Assembly (NCBI GenBank): GCA_951406725.2
Contig: OX597817.1
Span: 744,001 to 808,000 of the forward strand
Origin: Octopus vulgaris
Lineage: Eukaryota
Length of the DNA: 64,000 nucleotides
Direction: 5' to 3'
Positions 46,960-60,168 of the stretch are shown here, in pieces. The first letter of the stretch is position 1; each line of letters starts with the position of its first letter. The notes below the pieces were generated by a model. It was not told where the DNA came from and ran no database searches. It was given only the letters and a program-made list of their open reading frames with translations. The translations under genes and the position numbers were made by a program.

Positions 46960-48970
46960 CAGGGCTTGACAAAGGGGACACAAAATATATAAGGAGGGGA
47001 GGGACAAGTGTGTCAAGTTAGGTTGGGTAGAGGTGGAATACAACTGTCTGGTCTCGGGATGCAGCGATTGTTTTGGTGGTAGAAGAAGAAACAGGGTGAA
47101 AATATGTCTGTGGAATAGAGGTTGGAGTGTGATGGTGAGTGAATCCTTTCCAATCATCTGGATTCTTCTTTCTTTGTATTTGAATGCGGCTCAGAATGTT
47201 TTTATGTAGCAGCAGATGTGGGATCAGAATCCCACTTTAGGCTTTTGTTGGTCTTTGAAAGAGTGTCAACAGTTGATCGGAGTTTAAGTTTTTGACCCAA
47301 AGGTTTTTAGTTACACTATGACTATGAGACCGCTATGAAAGGTTATCAGTGAAGGTCAAACTTGATGTCTGAGTGTTTCAATCGCGTGCTGGAGTAAGCG
47401 AGTGTTTCCTTGATATGTTGACACATTGAATGTCGTGTCACATTGTTGAAGGAGACGAGGTTATTGTGTCCTCACGAAATTATAGTTTCCATATATCTGT
47501 TCATAGTGATAGTGCAAGCTTGGAATGAGGTGTTTAGGTTGGGTGACGCTAGTGTTTGGAAGTGGTAATGAAGTGTTTAGACTGGATGACGCCTAAGTAA
47601 GGACCGTGCGATGCAAGGTGCGAGTATAGCTCTTTAGTACCACATCACACAGCCCTTACAATAAAGAGAAAATTGATAGAACCATTTACTTGCCAGATGG
47701 AAAAAGAGACACAACCGTGTAGAATGATTAAGAGAACATTTATTGACGTAATAATGTGTGTGTGTCTGTGTGTGTGTGTGTGTGTGTCTGTGTGTGCATC
47801 ATGTATACCTGAGAACAAAATGTATGTGTGTGTGTAAGCGTAGATGCATGCGCGTGTGTTAAGTGCATATAAAGATGACAACGAAGAAGGAGGCAGTGGA
47901 AGAGTCTTTTGTCATCGAAGTGAGAAGTAAATTCGAGAACGATGAATACCAGTTCGTAGTCAGTAGTACACTGGAGTTGAAATACTGTATCAAGAAGTTG
48001 TGGCCATGATGCTGAGATGGTTAAGGATACATGTCATACGTAAAGTCATGACTATGATGCTGCTGCCGGGGTCACTTCGTACAAGAGTTCATACAGGTAG
48101 TATATTCGCTGTTGATCACGAACAGTGAAGTGTTGGAACCCGGGTGAATTGCTTGGTGAGCTGTGTACGCAAAGAGATGATACTGACGACGTTAAGGACA
48201 TGTTGGTGGCGACGAAAATGAAGGTTGCCGTAGTGCTGTTGGACGAAGTAGGCGAGTCTCAGCTGCTGTGGTGGTAGTTGTCTGGCGTCGTCGCTGGAAC
48301 TGGCTGTGTCTCTATGGTTAGTAGTTAGACTTTAAAAGGTCTAGAACCAAAGACGCCGGAAAGAGGAAAAGCTGGGTTTTTATAAGGAACTGTAGGCTTA
48401 AAACAGGGTAGAGAACAGGCTGTCCCACGTGATCATATTTAGGGCATCCGACTAGTTGTACGTGGCAGTTGGCGGAATAAAAGACAAATTGCGCCAATAC
48501 CAACCAGTCAGAGTGGTGGACACAACGGGATCCAAATAGCGGCCAAAGGCTAGCTGTTCCCTGCTACATTCGAACACGCGTATATATAATAAAGGAAGAG
48601 AGGAATTGCAACCGAGTCTAGCTACACCTGTATTCGGAAGTGGTAATGAGGAACTGTATCGCCTAAGGAACTTTGTTGGAGGTGATAGCCAGATCTTGGG
48701 ATGTACCATAGTTGATGGAATGTTGATCAGAGAGAGTGCTCGTCTTTGCATGCCCCACTGATACAATGTAACAGAAAACTTCCAACGAATTCGTAAAATC
48801 AGATAGAGCCCATAGGCAGACAATTTAACAAAGATATTTTCGTACCAGACTCAGTCAAAGGACTTGCCGATGTCGAGTGTTACAGTATCGTTGTTAATGC
48901 GTTTCTATACTGCGTGACCATCACTGATGAGTGACTTAAGAGAGACGGTCCCCAGAAGCCATGCAAAAGC
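46960..48970 (-). mobile_element. Decayed CR1/Jockey-group LINE RT remnant
   Basis: Minus strand near 48850-48885 reads VTLDIGKSFD*VWY, followed by LSAYGL. Confidence 0.5.
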
Positions 48971-49019
48971 TATGACTATTTTCTCGTCACTTTTGTATGA
49001 TGGAAATCAGAGCGATGAA

Positions 49020-50495
49020 TCGATAGTTTTCACTATAAGAAAGGTTACCTACTCTGGGGATGGAATGCACTTATAATGGAATGGAAGGTTTATGATATCT
49101 GATTTCCCCAACAGAACATATCTTTTCTTTGTGGTCCAACACAACGATATCTGGCCAGTTGTGTTTTAACTTGGTGCCTGTTTTACTTTTTAAGTTCCAC
49201 CAATATTCTTGTGACCCATCCGTCTCAATATGGTGAACTTTTTCTGTAGGTGTTTTCTGTTTTGTTATTCAGTACCAGATTACTCTGGTCACCGTATCAT
49301 GCACCATCAGAAGATAATATCTGAAAGACATTCGCTCGCAATTGGCAATAATGTGATTGGAAGTCTTCAGTGTTGGTCTTGCAAAGCTCATATTCGTTGT
49401 CTGTCAAAGTCTTCTGCTTTTATTCTGTAGATACTTGGTTGAGATCTCTTGATAATGGATTGCATTGATATGACCTTCAAAGTAGGATGTCCTAAACTTG
49501 TCGGCACTCACGCCAAGCTTTTGATATGATCAATCTCTTCTATGGTTTTTATTCTACGTACCGATTGCCCATGTACTATCTTCTCAGTGAGTTGGTCCAT
49601 TTTTTCTTTCTGTTGTTCTGATAAATAGATTTTATCAATGCTACATGGGGGAAAATCCGTATCAGCTCTTATTTCAAGTTCATTAGCTGTCCTAATTATG
49701 TTGCTGGTTGCATGGTCACAAACTTGGGTAATATAGTTACTGCTCTCTTTTCTTTATTGCAGATGTTATTTCAGTGTCACAATCCGTGCTTCATATGACA
49801 TCACTACAGATTTGAGATCACAGCTACCATCCTTGTGTGGAAAGTATAGCCTGTCTGCATTTCCATTGATGTTAAAGTTTCCTGTAACACTGAGTTCATT
49901 TAGTGACCAGTTCAGAAGATCGAACGTAGGCGTGAGGACAGGCACTCCAAAGGTATTGTGGGTAATATGTTTGTTGTAAGTTGAGAGTTCTGATTACCAT
50001 GTTCTCTATACTCTTCTGAAGTATTCATTTCTGGTCTTCTCCTTATCCATGGATCCATCACATATGACATTCTATCTTGTCCAAAATACCTATAATTGTC
50101 ACCTGACTGTAGAGGTTGTATTGTTAAGCCGTTCATTCTTAAGTTTTCAGAGACAGGCACAATGTTTCCGTGTTTTATTGATAAGAATGCATATTTCAAC
50201 TCACCAAATGTTATCCCAATGCCTGTAGAAAATTGGGTTATACGGTCAAATTGTTTTTTTTTTGTGTGTGGTTGATATTTGGCCCATACAGTATCAGGTC
50301 ATCGACAAAGAAAAGATGGGAGATACTTCTGTATCCATTTTTGAGATCACTATGTTTTGTGAGCAAGTATGATATTGGATTTAATGGTAGGATAAAGAGT
50401 AACACAGACAGGCTATCACCCTGAAAGATGCCTTTCTGGTAGTGAATGCTGTCCGACTCGATCTGTTCCTTATCACTCCTAAGGAGTAAAGTGGT
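49020..50495 (-). mobile_element. RLE-type (R4/NeSL-like) non-LTR remnant
   Basis: GIFQGDSLSVLLF, HLFFVDDLILY, YRYFG, and a WPDIVV restriction-like endonuclease motif near 49150. Confidence 0.75.
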
Positions 50496-50809
50496 TGGAT
50501 CTTTTCACTTTGACCGAGATCCTAAATATTTTTAAATTTGAAAAAAAAAAAAAAAAAGAACAAAAAACGACCTTGTTTGTAAAAAAATTTTGGACCTAGG
50601 TTTGCACCCACTAAGCAATCTTTCCCTCGAACTTACGAATATTTAGGTTTTCAGATACGCACAGACGTTATCTGATTTCCGTAATCAGAGTAAGTTTAAT
50701 GTCGGGATATATCTACGGGATATATGTTCTCTATAAACAGTACTGTTCACCATTGAGCAAATTGAGTTTTTGACGTTAGAATAAAACAGAAGAAATAAAG
50801 TAGGAGTAA

Positions 50810-50970
50810 TCATGGTTTCAAATTTTGGCACAAGGCCAACAATTTTGGGGAGGGGGTAAATCGATTACATCGACTCCAGTGTTCAGCTGGTACTTATTTT
50901 ATCGAACCTGAAAATCGATCTCGGCGGAACTTGAACTCAGAAATAAAGATGGACGAAATGCCGCTAAACA
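50810..50970 (-). mobile_element. SINE copy (gcctttcatcc family)
   Basis: ggcacaaggcca..tcgattacatcgac..ggtacttattttatcg..gaactcagaa. Confidence 0.7.
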
Positions 50971-51645
50971 TAAATTTTCAAAATTTTATTTTCGTAAAAA
51001 GATGTCCCCCACGCCATCATTTTCGAAGGCCATGGTGAAAAATAATTGGAAAAATCTCCGGCAAAACAGAAAAAATCCAACTTATGTCTTCATCCGAAAC
51101 TCTGCCTGTCAATCAATCTCAACCACCGTCCATGAATTTTTAGTTTTGTTAGTTAATCAGAAATAAATGTTTTTTCAATTAGTATTTTCATGCTTCCTGT
51201 TTTAAAAATGTCCCCTCTAATTTAACTATGGCTATTTCATGCAGAAGATATATATGAGTAATTTATTCCTTGAAAATTTGCATTTGTCTACATCAAGAAG
51301 TGTACATTTACTCAATGTTTCTCTCACTTCTACTTAGGAAATATTAGGGTAGGGAATTCATCGCTGAGGAGATCGAAAAGGCTCAAATATGATCGAAGTT
51401 GTCTCGTAACTCAAAATGATATAAGAAATGACGTTTTTTTTTCTCTTTGCATATTGTGTTCTAGTTAATTTTTTTATGTTCCAGGCATTAAAATGTTAAC
51501 ACAAACTTGATTATACTTCATAAATACGTTGAATTCATATGCAAGCCTAATCTGCTGCTCCCAACCAAAAGATGAATAAATAAATAAAAAGTTTTTTTAG
51601 TCAAAAATTTTTATAATTAAAAAAAAACAACAAAAAACAAAAAAC

Positions 51646-52056
51646 GGGATCTTTTCGGTTTGAACGGCAGTTTTTAACATAATTTCTAGGTAACTAAAAA
51701 TTTTAAACTTTGTATACTGGTAGAATGTGTTTATAAAACATCTTTTTCTCTTGGTTTTATTGAGAAAATTCTATAGTTTGTAAGATATTTGTTTTTTTTT
51801 TCTTCAATTTCTGCAATTTCAACCAATCAATGACGTCTATTCAGTTAAAAAGCATTCTTTGCCGTATGAAAATGTCCCTCGTTTAAGAAATAGATTGGGT
51901 TTATTTACATTTGTGAATAAAAAAAGATACCCTTCCCCCACCCCTAACCCTAAAACAGATTGAAATGCAATAGATCGATAATAGGGTCATAATTATGGGT
52001 GACAATTTCATATGACACGGCTAGAAAAAAACTGCCGTTCAAACCGAAAAGATCCC
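51646..52056. mobile_element. 411-bp MITE with perfect ~30-bp TIRs
   Basis: gggatcttttcggtttgaacggcagttttt at the left, aaaaactgccgttcaaaccgaaaagatccc at the right. Confidence 0.9.
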
Positions 52057-52205
52057 CCAAACGATCATGTTTGTAAAAAAAATTTGGACGTGGGTTTGCC
52101 CCTCCCAAGCAATCTTTGCTTTGAATTTCTTTTCAAGCCTCGAATAAATAAATAAATAAAAACCTTATTATTTCCGTTCGGAGTTATTTCCCTTGATCTG
52201 CAACC

Positions 52206-52249
52206 ATGGCGGCCTGCAGGAGACTTTCCACTTTGATTCGCCTCGTCGG
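52206..52249 (+). CDS. ATP5IF1: Mitochondrial ATPase inhibitor IF1, exon 1 (presequence MAACRRLSTLIRLV)
   Basis: Kozak-like aaccATGG; donor GTGAGT at 52250; phase 2 joins the 55521 exon. Confidence 0.82.
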
Positions 52250-53729
52250 GTGAGTTTCAATCATTTATTAAACCAAATATATATCAGAGCTCGCAGTTTT
52301 CTAGTTTAAACAATTCCACTCCTTTCTATCATCCAGTTTATGGCGGTCAGGTAACATAGCAGTTCTTCCTATTACTTGTAATATATGTTTTTATATCGAG
52401 ATTTTATAAAACCTAAATTTTATTCTTAATCTTTCTTTTTTCCTTAAATGTTGTTTCTTGGAAGAAATTGTCTGAGTTTAAATATTTTAGATTTACGAAG
52501 TTATTTATTGCAATAAATCTGAAATGCGGTGGGAGTGGAGTCCTTTCGCCTGAAGGACTTGGGCTGACCTGAAGGTCAAACAACAAAAACCCTTTTCTAT
52601 CAGAAATCCCAGTTTTTACTTAATTTCATCAGTTTAAGGAATATCATTTGTGTTTCCCCTTAAAATTCAGTTTACGTCTTTCTTCGGTGAAAAGCATTTC
52701 AGGTGTCGACTCCTGTTTATTAAAGCTTAATTGTTCCGAATCCCCCGACCTTAATTTTGGGTAACTTTTAGTATTTAATGAAAGTCAAACGTTCCGAACC
52801 ATTTATAAGAAACGCTTTTATATCGATTCTTCGTTGCATTTAATTCGTTGAAAACCGATGATTTAAATAATAATAAATCACCCGAAATATATTCCCAACA
52901 TTTGTGTTTTTCCTTTCGGGAGGTCACACGCGGCCTTCACACATTTCGGTTGAGTATTTCGGTGCATCTTTTCGTATTAAACCATAAATAACTGTTTATA
53001 AATTTCACAATTGTGAAATATGTTGCAATTTATTTTATTTCATCGAAATTTATTTCCGAATATTTCGTTTATCCAATTTCTCGAATGAAAAGTCCCACCC
53101 AAAACATTAGCTTTTTTTTTTTCAGGGTCAAAATAAAGGGTCTGACCCGGTCATAAAAGAAAAAAAATAGTGAAATAGGTGTAAAACAACTTCCTCTAAA
53201 CGAATATAGTTTTTGTTCTATTTATGTATATATTTTGTTTTGTACGAAGACAGCGGCGCCACTGGGTTGTTCTCTGGTGAGGATTTCGAGGTCAAATTAC
53301 TGCGTTTCGCTATAATTTTTCCCTCCTCAGCTCAGGCGTCATATTGTGCAGACGAAATCACTTTGCATAACTTCTTGACCTTGCTCTAATACAACATTCT
53401 TATGCATTTCTGAAGTGTGAATCCAGGCTATCTTTGGTCGTAATTCGGAAGATAAGACATAGAGTTTTCGGTCGCAATGTACTCTGCCACTAACAGAATG
53501 ATGTGCAAACCGAATACACCCGTATAAATACTCTGATCGTTTCCAGTTCAGATTCTCTTATTTATTTGGAAAATTTAAACTCCGTAATGGATGAAAGAGG
53601 AATCAATGCTCTATCAGAATGGTTGGTTTTTTCCCATTATATTGATTGACGAAGCAATTCTCTCTTTTAATTTTGTAATTGATTGAACAAACTTCATTAT
53701 TTTGTTTCCATAAGTTCAAACTGTTGAAA

Positions 53730-54125
53730 TTAACCCATCGCCTGCCATGAACCCCATTTGGGGATCCGCTAAAAACAGTTGTATTTAAAGTGAATTACTT
53801 ATGTACATTGCATTTGCAGAGGTGTGTTTTACTATATTTGATAGTTAAAGTCTGTCATTATTAACTCTGGCTAATTCTAGAGGACATTTTATGTCATAAA
53901 TCGCAATTTTTGAACTACAAAAATATTGACTTCTGAAAAAATTTTTTGTTTTGCATAGATATATATGCATTTTTTCCAGAGATTCCCAATCTGAACTTTT
54001 CGAAAAATTTATAATTTCCAAAATAATTCACATATGAAGAAAATTTAAATACTATATATTGACTCCTAAGACATTTAGCAAAGCCAAAAACTAACAATAA
54101 AAAAATTTGGCTGTTAATAGGTTAA
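53730..54125. mobile_element. piggyBac-like MITE, degenerate
   Basis: TTAA|cccatcgcctgcca at the left, tggctgttaatagg|TTAA at the right. Confidence 0.4.
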
Positions 54126-55520
54126 TAGAATGGTCTCAAACGACACTGACTTAATAGTTATTAATTTAACTTTTTGAATATCAATAATTAATGACTACTT
54201 ATAAATTTAAAATTAGCTTTATCCCATTTTTTAAAAACAGCAATAACTATATATCTGTCTATCTATGTCTATTTGCCTGTCTATATCTGTCTGTTTGTCT
54301 ATGATGATGATAATGGTGGTTTTGAATAGACACAAAATATGTAACTTTTTTTTTATATAGCACCATCTCAATCTGATTAGTAGTCATATGTATTACAGCA
54401 AATATGCAAATATGAAAATATTGATGTTAAACAAAAAAGGTCATCTGTGAAGAAGTGGAGTCCATGAACCTAGCAGGCTCTCTCAGACTATTAGCGTTTT
54501 AGTTTTATTAGTTTGGTCTGGAGTGGTGTTGTGAGGGACTGTGTCCATGACCTTTGCAGACCTTCCAAGACCTATGAGATTGATGCGGTTGATGTTCCAC
54601 TTAAACCGATACATGTCGGTGACTGCAGAAGGGTGGGGAAGTGCAGTGAGGTTAATGTTTTGGTAAGGGAGGACTGGGCGTAGTTGTAGGTGTGGAGCCT
54701 GGTATAGTGTTGGTGGATGTAAGTGGAGGTTGTGCAAAATCAAGCAGCTCCAAGGAGCAGAGGTGTCAGTAGTTGTAGAAATGATTAAAGCAGCACAGAG
54801 CAGGTTGCATTGTGTTTGTGAGCAACTTATTTATTGTGAGTCAAAGTAGCCTTTTAGCCTAGGATGATATATTAGAGTATGTAGTTACAGTGCCTTTACA
54901 GATGTGGGAGTATTTGTAGAGGATTAGTAGCTGTTAGAGATGGAGTATTTTCTGGCTTTCAAAGGAAAAGCTAATCTTTGATGTGCTTTGTTGTGGTTGT
55001 GCATTTGCCAGAGGAAATCCTCGGTGATAACGAAGCCTTACATTTGAAACAATCGAGTTTTAGTTGCATTTTGTTCTTTTTTTTCTTTTTAAGTGGGGTG
55101 AGATGTAATAATACTTTCTTGATATGTGAAGTGAATGATGCCTTTAAGAAATGTAAGTGGGGAGGGAATTTCAGCCGAGTGCTGTTTTGGATGGGAAAAA
55201 TTGGACAAAAACATTTAACCTTTCCTTGTCAGAAATGCCTCCTCTATTGGTCATTGGCATTGAACTTGAGTAAAGGCTAACTGGTTTTGTAAAATAGTCA
55301 TAGCTTTTACAGAGCAGTCCTGTTGCTCTGACTTTGAGCAAATATACATATCTTGCTGCAGTCAGCTTTATGTCTCATCTTACTGGAGGGCAATAAGAAT
55401 AGAAATTAGTATTATACTAAACATTGATTTAATCAGCTTGTCCATACCATACAAAAATTTGCTCTGCAACCAATGAAAACAAACAACAAATTTTTACTCT
55501 GATTTCTTTCTTCATTTCAG

Positions 55521-55560
55521 TGTGCGTTACTCATCTGAACTTGGATCAGGTGCAGGGAAG
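55521..55560 (+). CDS. ATP5IF1: IF1 exon 2, 40 nt ((G)VRYSSELGSGAGK)
   Basis: Acceptor ttcatttcag, donor GTAATT; frame continuous with both neighbours. Confidence 0.88.
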
Positions 55561-56680
55561 GTAATTTTAATATTAAAGTTCTTTTTTCCCCACCACAATG
55601 TTTTACAGTTTTTTTGTTTGTTCTTTCTGCACAATTTGAATGTAATCACTCTTGAGAAATTTGGTGAAAACAATGTTACACCAGCAGGGCCTGTCTCTCA
55701 TATATGACTCGCTTAGGAAAACTGCTTGCTTATGGGCTCTGTCCATATCTTCCCTTTTGGATTAAAAGTTTCCGATTAGATTGCATCACTGTGGCATGTA
55801 TTGTTGGGTTTCTCTCTCTCTCCATTGTTCTTCTTCAACCATATTGATGGATGGTTCTGTCTATCAGTTCTGGTTGTGGCTGATGTCTCTCTTTCAACTC
55901 TTGTGTGCCAATGTCTCTCTCTCTCTCTGCCAGCTCTGGTGTCCCAAACTCTTGGGATTGTCCTCAGTACTGTTTCTCTTTTGCATTCAGAAATTACATG
56001 TAACCATCTCTGGTAATGCCAACATCTTTGCAGTTGTTACCACCCTTCCTCCCTCCCTAACCAACAACCAAGTGTCTCCCACTTGTAATCGAGACACCAG
56101 GAGCCAAACCTGTGCTGATTCCCTCAACAGAATCTCAAACATTCTCCATTTCAGTCATTTAGTCTTGTCTTCTTCACTTGCACAAAGACACAACCACTAC
56201 ACATAGCAAGAAACCAATCTTGTAGTTACCCATTCCCTCTTAAGTTTAGCATTTAAACTGGTTATGTCTGGCCCAAATATTCTTATTTTATGTTCAAAGT
56301 GGCCAGATCTGGCCGATCACGCATATCCTACAATGTTCTTCTAAAAATAAACAATCATCTCGTTATCATCTTGAAGCTTTGGGATAATACATGATTAATT
56401 CAAAATAGTGTAATTGCATTTGACAGAATAATCTGAATGCTAAAGGGTTAAAGAGGAATAATATATCTTGCTAGAACTCTTATTGGGACAAATGCTAAGC
56501 CTTGCCAGTGCTGATAATTTTTCGTGTTAGTCTAACATCCTTTAACATTCCTCCTTTTGAACACCAGATCTTTGGAATTCTGTCTTGTCTGTTTTTCTTG
56601 AAACCATCAACTTGTTATTGAAGAAGAATGTCAATCTCATCAGTTACTGCCCTTTGTCTAGAATAAACCATTTAAATATA

Positions 56681-58725
56681 GAGTAGAACCTTGCAGTATG
56701 AGCTGAGGTTTGTGTGAATTTTTGTCTTGAAGTATGAGCAGAAATTCACTGTACAAGCAAGTTTCATACAAGTGACTGCAAGTTGGCCCTGGGCTCGCAC
56801 ACGCTCTCCCAACAACTCCAGCCTCTGCTTGCTCTGTTCACATGTTTTATCTTGTGGCAGCTTCCAAATTTTTTTTTTTTTTTTTTAGTTTTGTGCACTT
56901 TTGTTATTATTTTATGATAATTAGTTGTGTTAGCCACAGGTCCTAAGAATGTTAGTACAAAGGACAGTACCAAGAAGAAAAAGCTGATTATGATAGAACT
57001 GGAGAAGGAAATCATTGATAAACATGAGAGAGGAATGTGTGTAGTGGACATAGCATCTCAATACAGCTGAAACGTCAATGATCTGCATCATCCTGAAAAA
57101 GGAGGAGGAGATCAAAGCCATTACAACAGCCAAAGGTTGTCTCAGCGGCAGCTGAGGATTTCGTGTGTAAATTCAGTCAGCTAATTGCAGCCGAGGGGTC
57201 CATTGCACAACAGGTGTTCAACTGTGATGAAACTAGCCTTTGGGAAAAAATGCCCAGAAGAACCAACCTAACTACAGAGGAGAAGAAATGCCAGGCCATA
57301 GGCCTATGAAAGATAGGCTGACTCTTGCCCTTTGTACAAATGCGAGTGGAAACTTGAAGGTTAAGCTGCTCCTTGCCTACCGTTCGAAAATTCACGAGTG
57401 TTCAAGTTGCATGAAATCATGAAGGAGAAGCTGCAGGTTATGTGGAGAGCAAATGTTAAAGCCTGGGTCAGCAGGCAGTTCTTCATCAAGCGGGTCAACC
57501 TTGTCTTCAGACCAGCAGTGAAAAAGTATCTTTTGAAGAACGACCTTTCTCTCAGGGCCCTCCTCATCCTCAACAATGCTCCTGCTCACCCTCCTAACCT
57601 TGAAGATGATATCCTGGATAAATTTAAATTCATAAAAGTTCTGTACTTTTCATGCAACATCACCCTGTCTTGCAGCCCATAGTGATTTCTAATTTTAAGA
57701 AATTGTACACCAAACACCTGTTTCATTGGTGCTTTGAAGTCACTGAAAATACAAATCTAACCCTACGTGAGTTTTTGAAGGAGCACTACAACATTGTTTA
57801 CTGTCTGTAAATCATCAATATGGCCTGTAGGGTGTAACAAGAACACTGAATCCTGCATGGAGGAAACTATGGCCTGACTGCGTATCCAAGAGACTGCAAG
57901 GGGTTTGAGTCTGAGACACCTGTAGTCGAGGAGATGGTGTCTCTTGGCAAGCCCATGGACCTCAAGGTTGATGATGGGGACATTAATGATATCATTGGGG
58001 AACACTCAGGGGAGCTGACAACAGATGAACTCCTGCAGCTTCAGGAGCAGCAGCATTTGGATGTGATGGAAGAGATTGGTTCCCTGGAGGAGGAAGACAG
58101 TGTAGCAGAGAAGGCCATCTGTTAGTGACATAAAGAGAGTGTTGGCAAAGTGGCAGAATGTTTCTGAATTTGTAGAGAAAATTCCTCCTGAAAAAGTCTC
58201 GACAGATTGTGCAGCTGCATTTTCTGGCGCATTTTCGTAACATTTTGAAAGACATGAAAAAGCAGACTTCTCTTGATATGTTTCTAATGAAAGTTTGAAA
58301 AGTTAAGAAAGTGTTCAAAAAGCCTAAATTAAGCCTAGTGAGAGAGAAAATGCCAGAAGTCGTTCTTTCTGAAGTCTTAAGGAATGGAGATTCTCTTTCC
58401 AAACAATAATCCTCCTCTTCAATGCTTTATTGTCTTCCTTGTGCACAAATTGTTTCATCTTCAAGGTAATTCAATTAATAAAACCAGTTTACATATTTCT
58501 TTTGCATTCTTTTTTATTACGTTTTTATAATTGTCATTTTCCTTGTAACTGTATCTTTTCTGTTTTAAAATCCTTAAAAAATTACTTTTGGATGGATTTG
58601 AGTGGCTGGAATTGATTAATTAATTGTATTTTAATTTCAATGAGGAAATCGATTTGTAAAACAAATAAATCGTAAAACAAGCTCGGTCATGGAACAAATT
58701 AAACTCATACTGCAAGGTATCCCAG
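56681..58725 (+). mobile_element. Tigger/pogo-type transposon, decayed, in IF1 intron 2
   Basis: KKKLIMIELEKEIIDKHERG (HTH-like), QVFNCDETSLW, MPGHRPMKDRLTLALCTNASG; imperfect TIR core accttgcagtatgag flanked by TA. Confidence 0.88.
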
Positions 58726-58739
58726 TACTTATATATTGG

Positions 58740-58938
58740 CTGGCGGCAGAATTGGATGAAATGCTTTGTGATATTTCACCCATCGCTACATTCTGAGTTC
58801 AAATTCCACTGAGGTTGACTTTGCCTTTCATCCTTTCAGGGTTGATCAATTAAGTACCAGTTGAATACTGGGGTCGATGTAATCGGCTGTCCCCAGCCCC
58901 AAATGTCAGGCCTTGTGCTTATGGGAGAAAAGATTATT
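58740..58938 (+). mobile_element. SINE copy (gcctttcatcc family)
   Basis: ttctgagttcaaattcc..gcctttcatcctttcagggttgat..ggggtcgatgtaatcg. Confidence 0.8.
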
Positions 58939-58974
58939 GTAGGGTTTACAAAGAACATTTCTAATTCCTAAATC

Positions 58975-59098
58975 CAACCTTGAGGTCCATGGGCTTGCCA
59001 AGAGACACCATCTCCTCGACTACAGGTGTCTCAGACTCAAACCCTTTGCAGTCTCTTGGATACGCAGTCAGGCCATAGTTTCCTCCATGCAGGATTCA
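58975..59098 (-). repeat. 124-bp inverted copy of 57847-57970
   Basis: Reverse complement matches with one A/G difference seen. Confidence 0.92.
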
Positions 59099-60142
59099 CT
59101 GCAGACATTGAAAGTGTAAATATCTCTGCTGCTTCACAGTTACAAGTTTGTTGACAATGTTTTGTTTTGGTGCAATACGCTACAACTTGATATATCTATA
59201 GATTCTAACCAGCTCTGTATGTGAAGGATTTCATGGATAGAAAAAGAGAGATAAGCTGGATTAGTAAGATTGACTGTTTGAAGCAACTGATATTTTACAG
59301 ATACTTAAATAATTTTAATGAATTAACTTTGTGTAGCATGATTATATATTTTTAATGCCAGTTTTTCCATGCAGACATAAGTTGGATGGGTCAGGTCTGA
59401 TCCAATACAATTTCTTATCCCTTACAGCAGTCTCTTAGCATTTTCTTCCAGCATTTTGGTATCAGACTTCATTTCTTCCTTTGTCTTCTTTGATTTCCTC
59501 TTCTGCAGGCTTCTATTTCTATTGCTTACACTTTATGCTCTTTGGACACACCTGTACACTTTTCATTGCCATATGTATGAAGGATGACATTGTCTTCTCC
59601 TGCCCATAACAACTGATTCTTTTTTTTTTTCTCTCTCAACTCTTCTGTTGTCTGAGCATTCTTGTACCAGCTGCTGATGAAGTCAGAATCTATCAGCTAC
59701 TTCTTGGGAGCTTTTTGGAGAGATGAAAGAGTTCATTTCTTGGATGCTCTTAATGCTAACAAATCCTGTGGATCTGTTAGATTTGAAGTGCTTCTTTGGA
59801 CAAACAATTGTTGCAGATCTTGCCTGGATTTATAATTTCTGGTCTCAGTTTTAGATTATTTTGCTTTAGAACACTGTAACTTTTGAATCAGTAAAGTCAT
59901 TGACTAAATGTATGATAGTATATCTGTTCATTTTTTTGTTTGCATCACTCTCTTTCTTCTGATATCAAATCCCTCTGAAGTGGCTTCAGTTTCCAAAGGC
60001 TTTCTGTTCAATAAAAAGTACTTGTAATGTACTACATTTATTTCACCTCTAATCTCTTTTTCTACAAATCTTGGCCTAGTGCTTAGACATTTCAAGTCAA
60101 TACTTACTGTATATTGAATACATGATTTTTTTTTTGTTCCAG

Positions 60143-60168
60143 GGTGGTGGTTCTGGAGGCTCCATTAG
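60143..60168 (+). CDS. ATP5IF1: IF1 exon 3, 26-nt microexon (GGGSGGSI(R))
   Basis: Poly-T tract plus ccag acceptor, donor GTGAGT; builds the conserved GSIREAGGAFG motif. Confidence 0.9.

Noticed and set aside
51941-51953. Interstitial telomere (ccctaa)2; also ttaggg near 16910
   Set aside because: Only one or two units, the former inside a MITE
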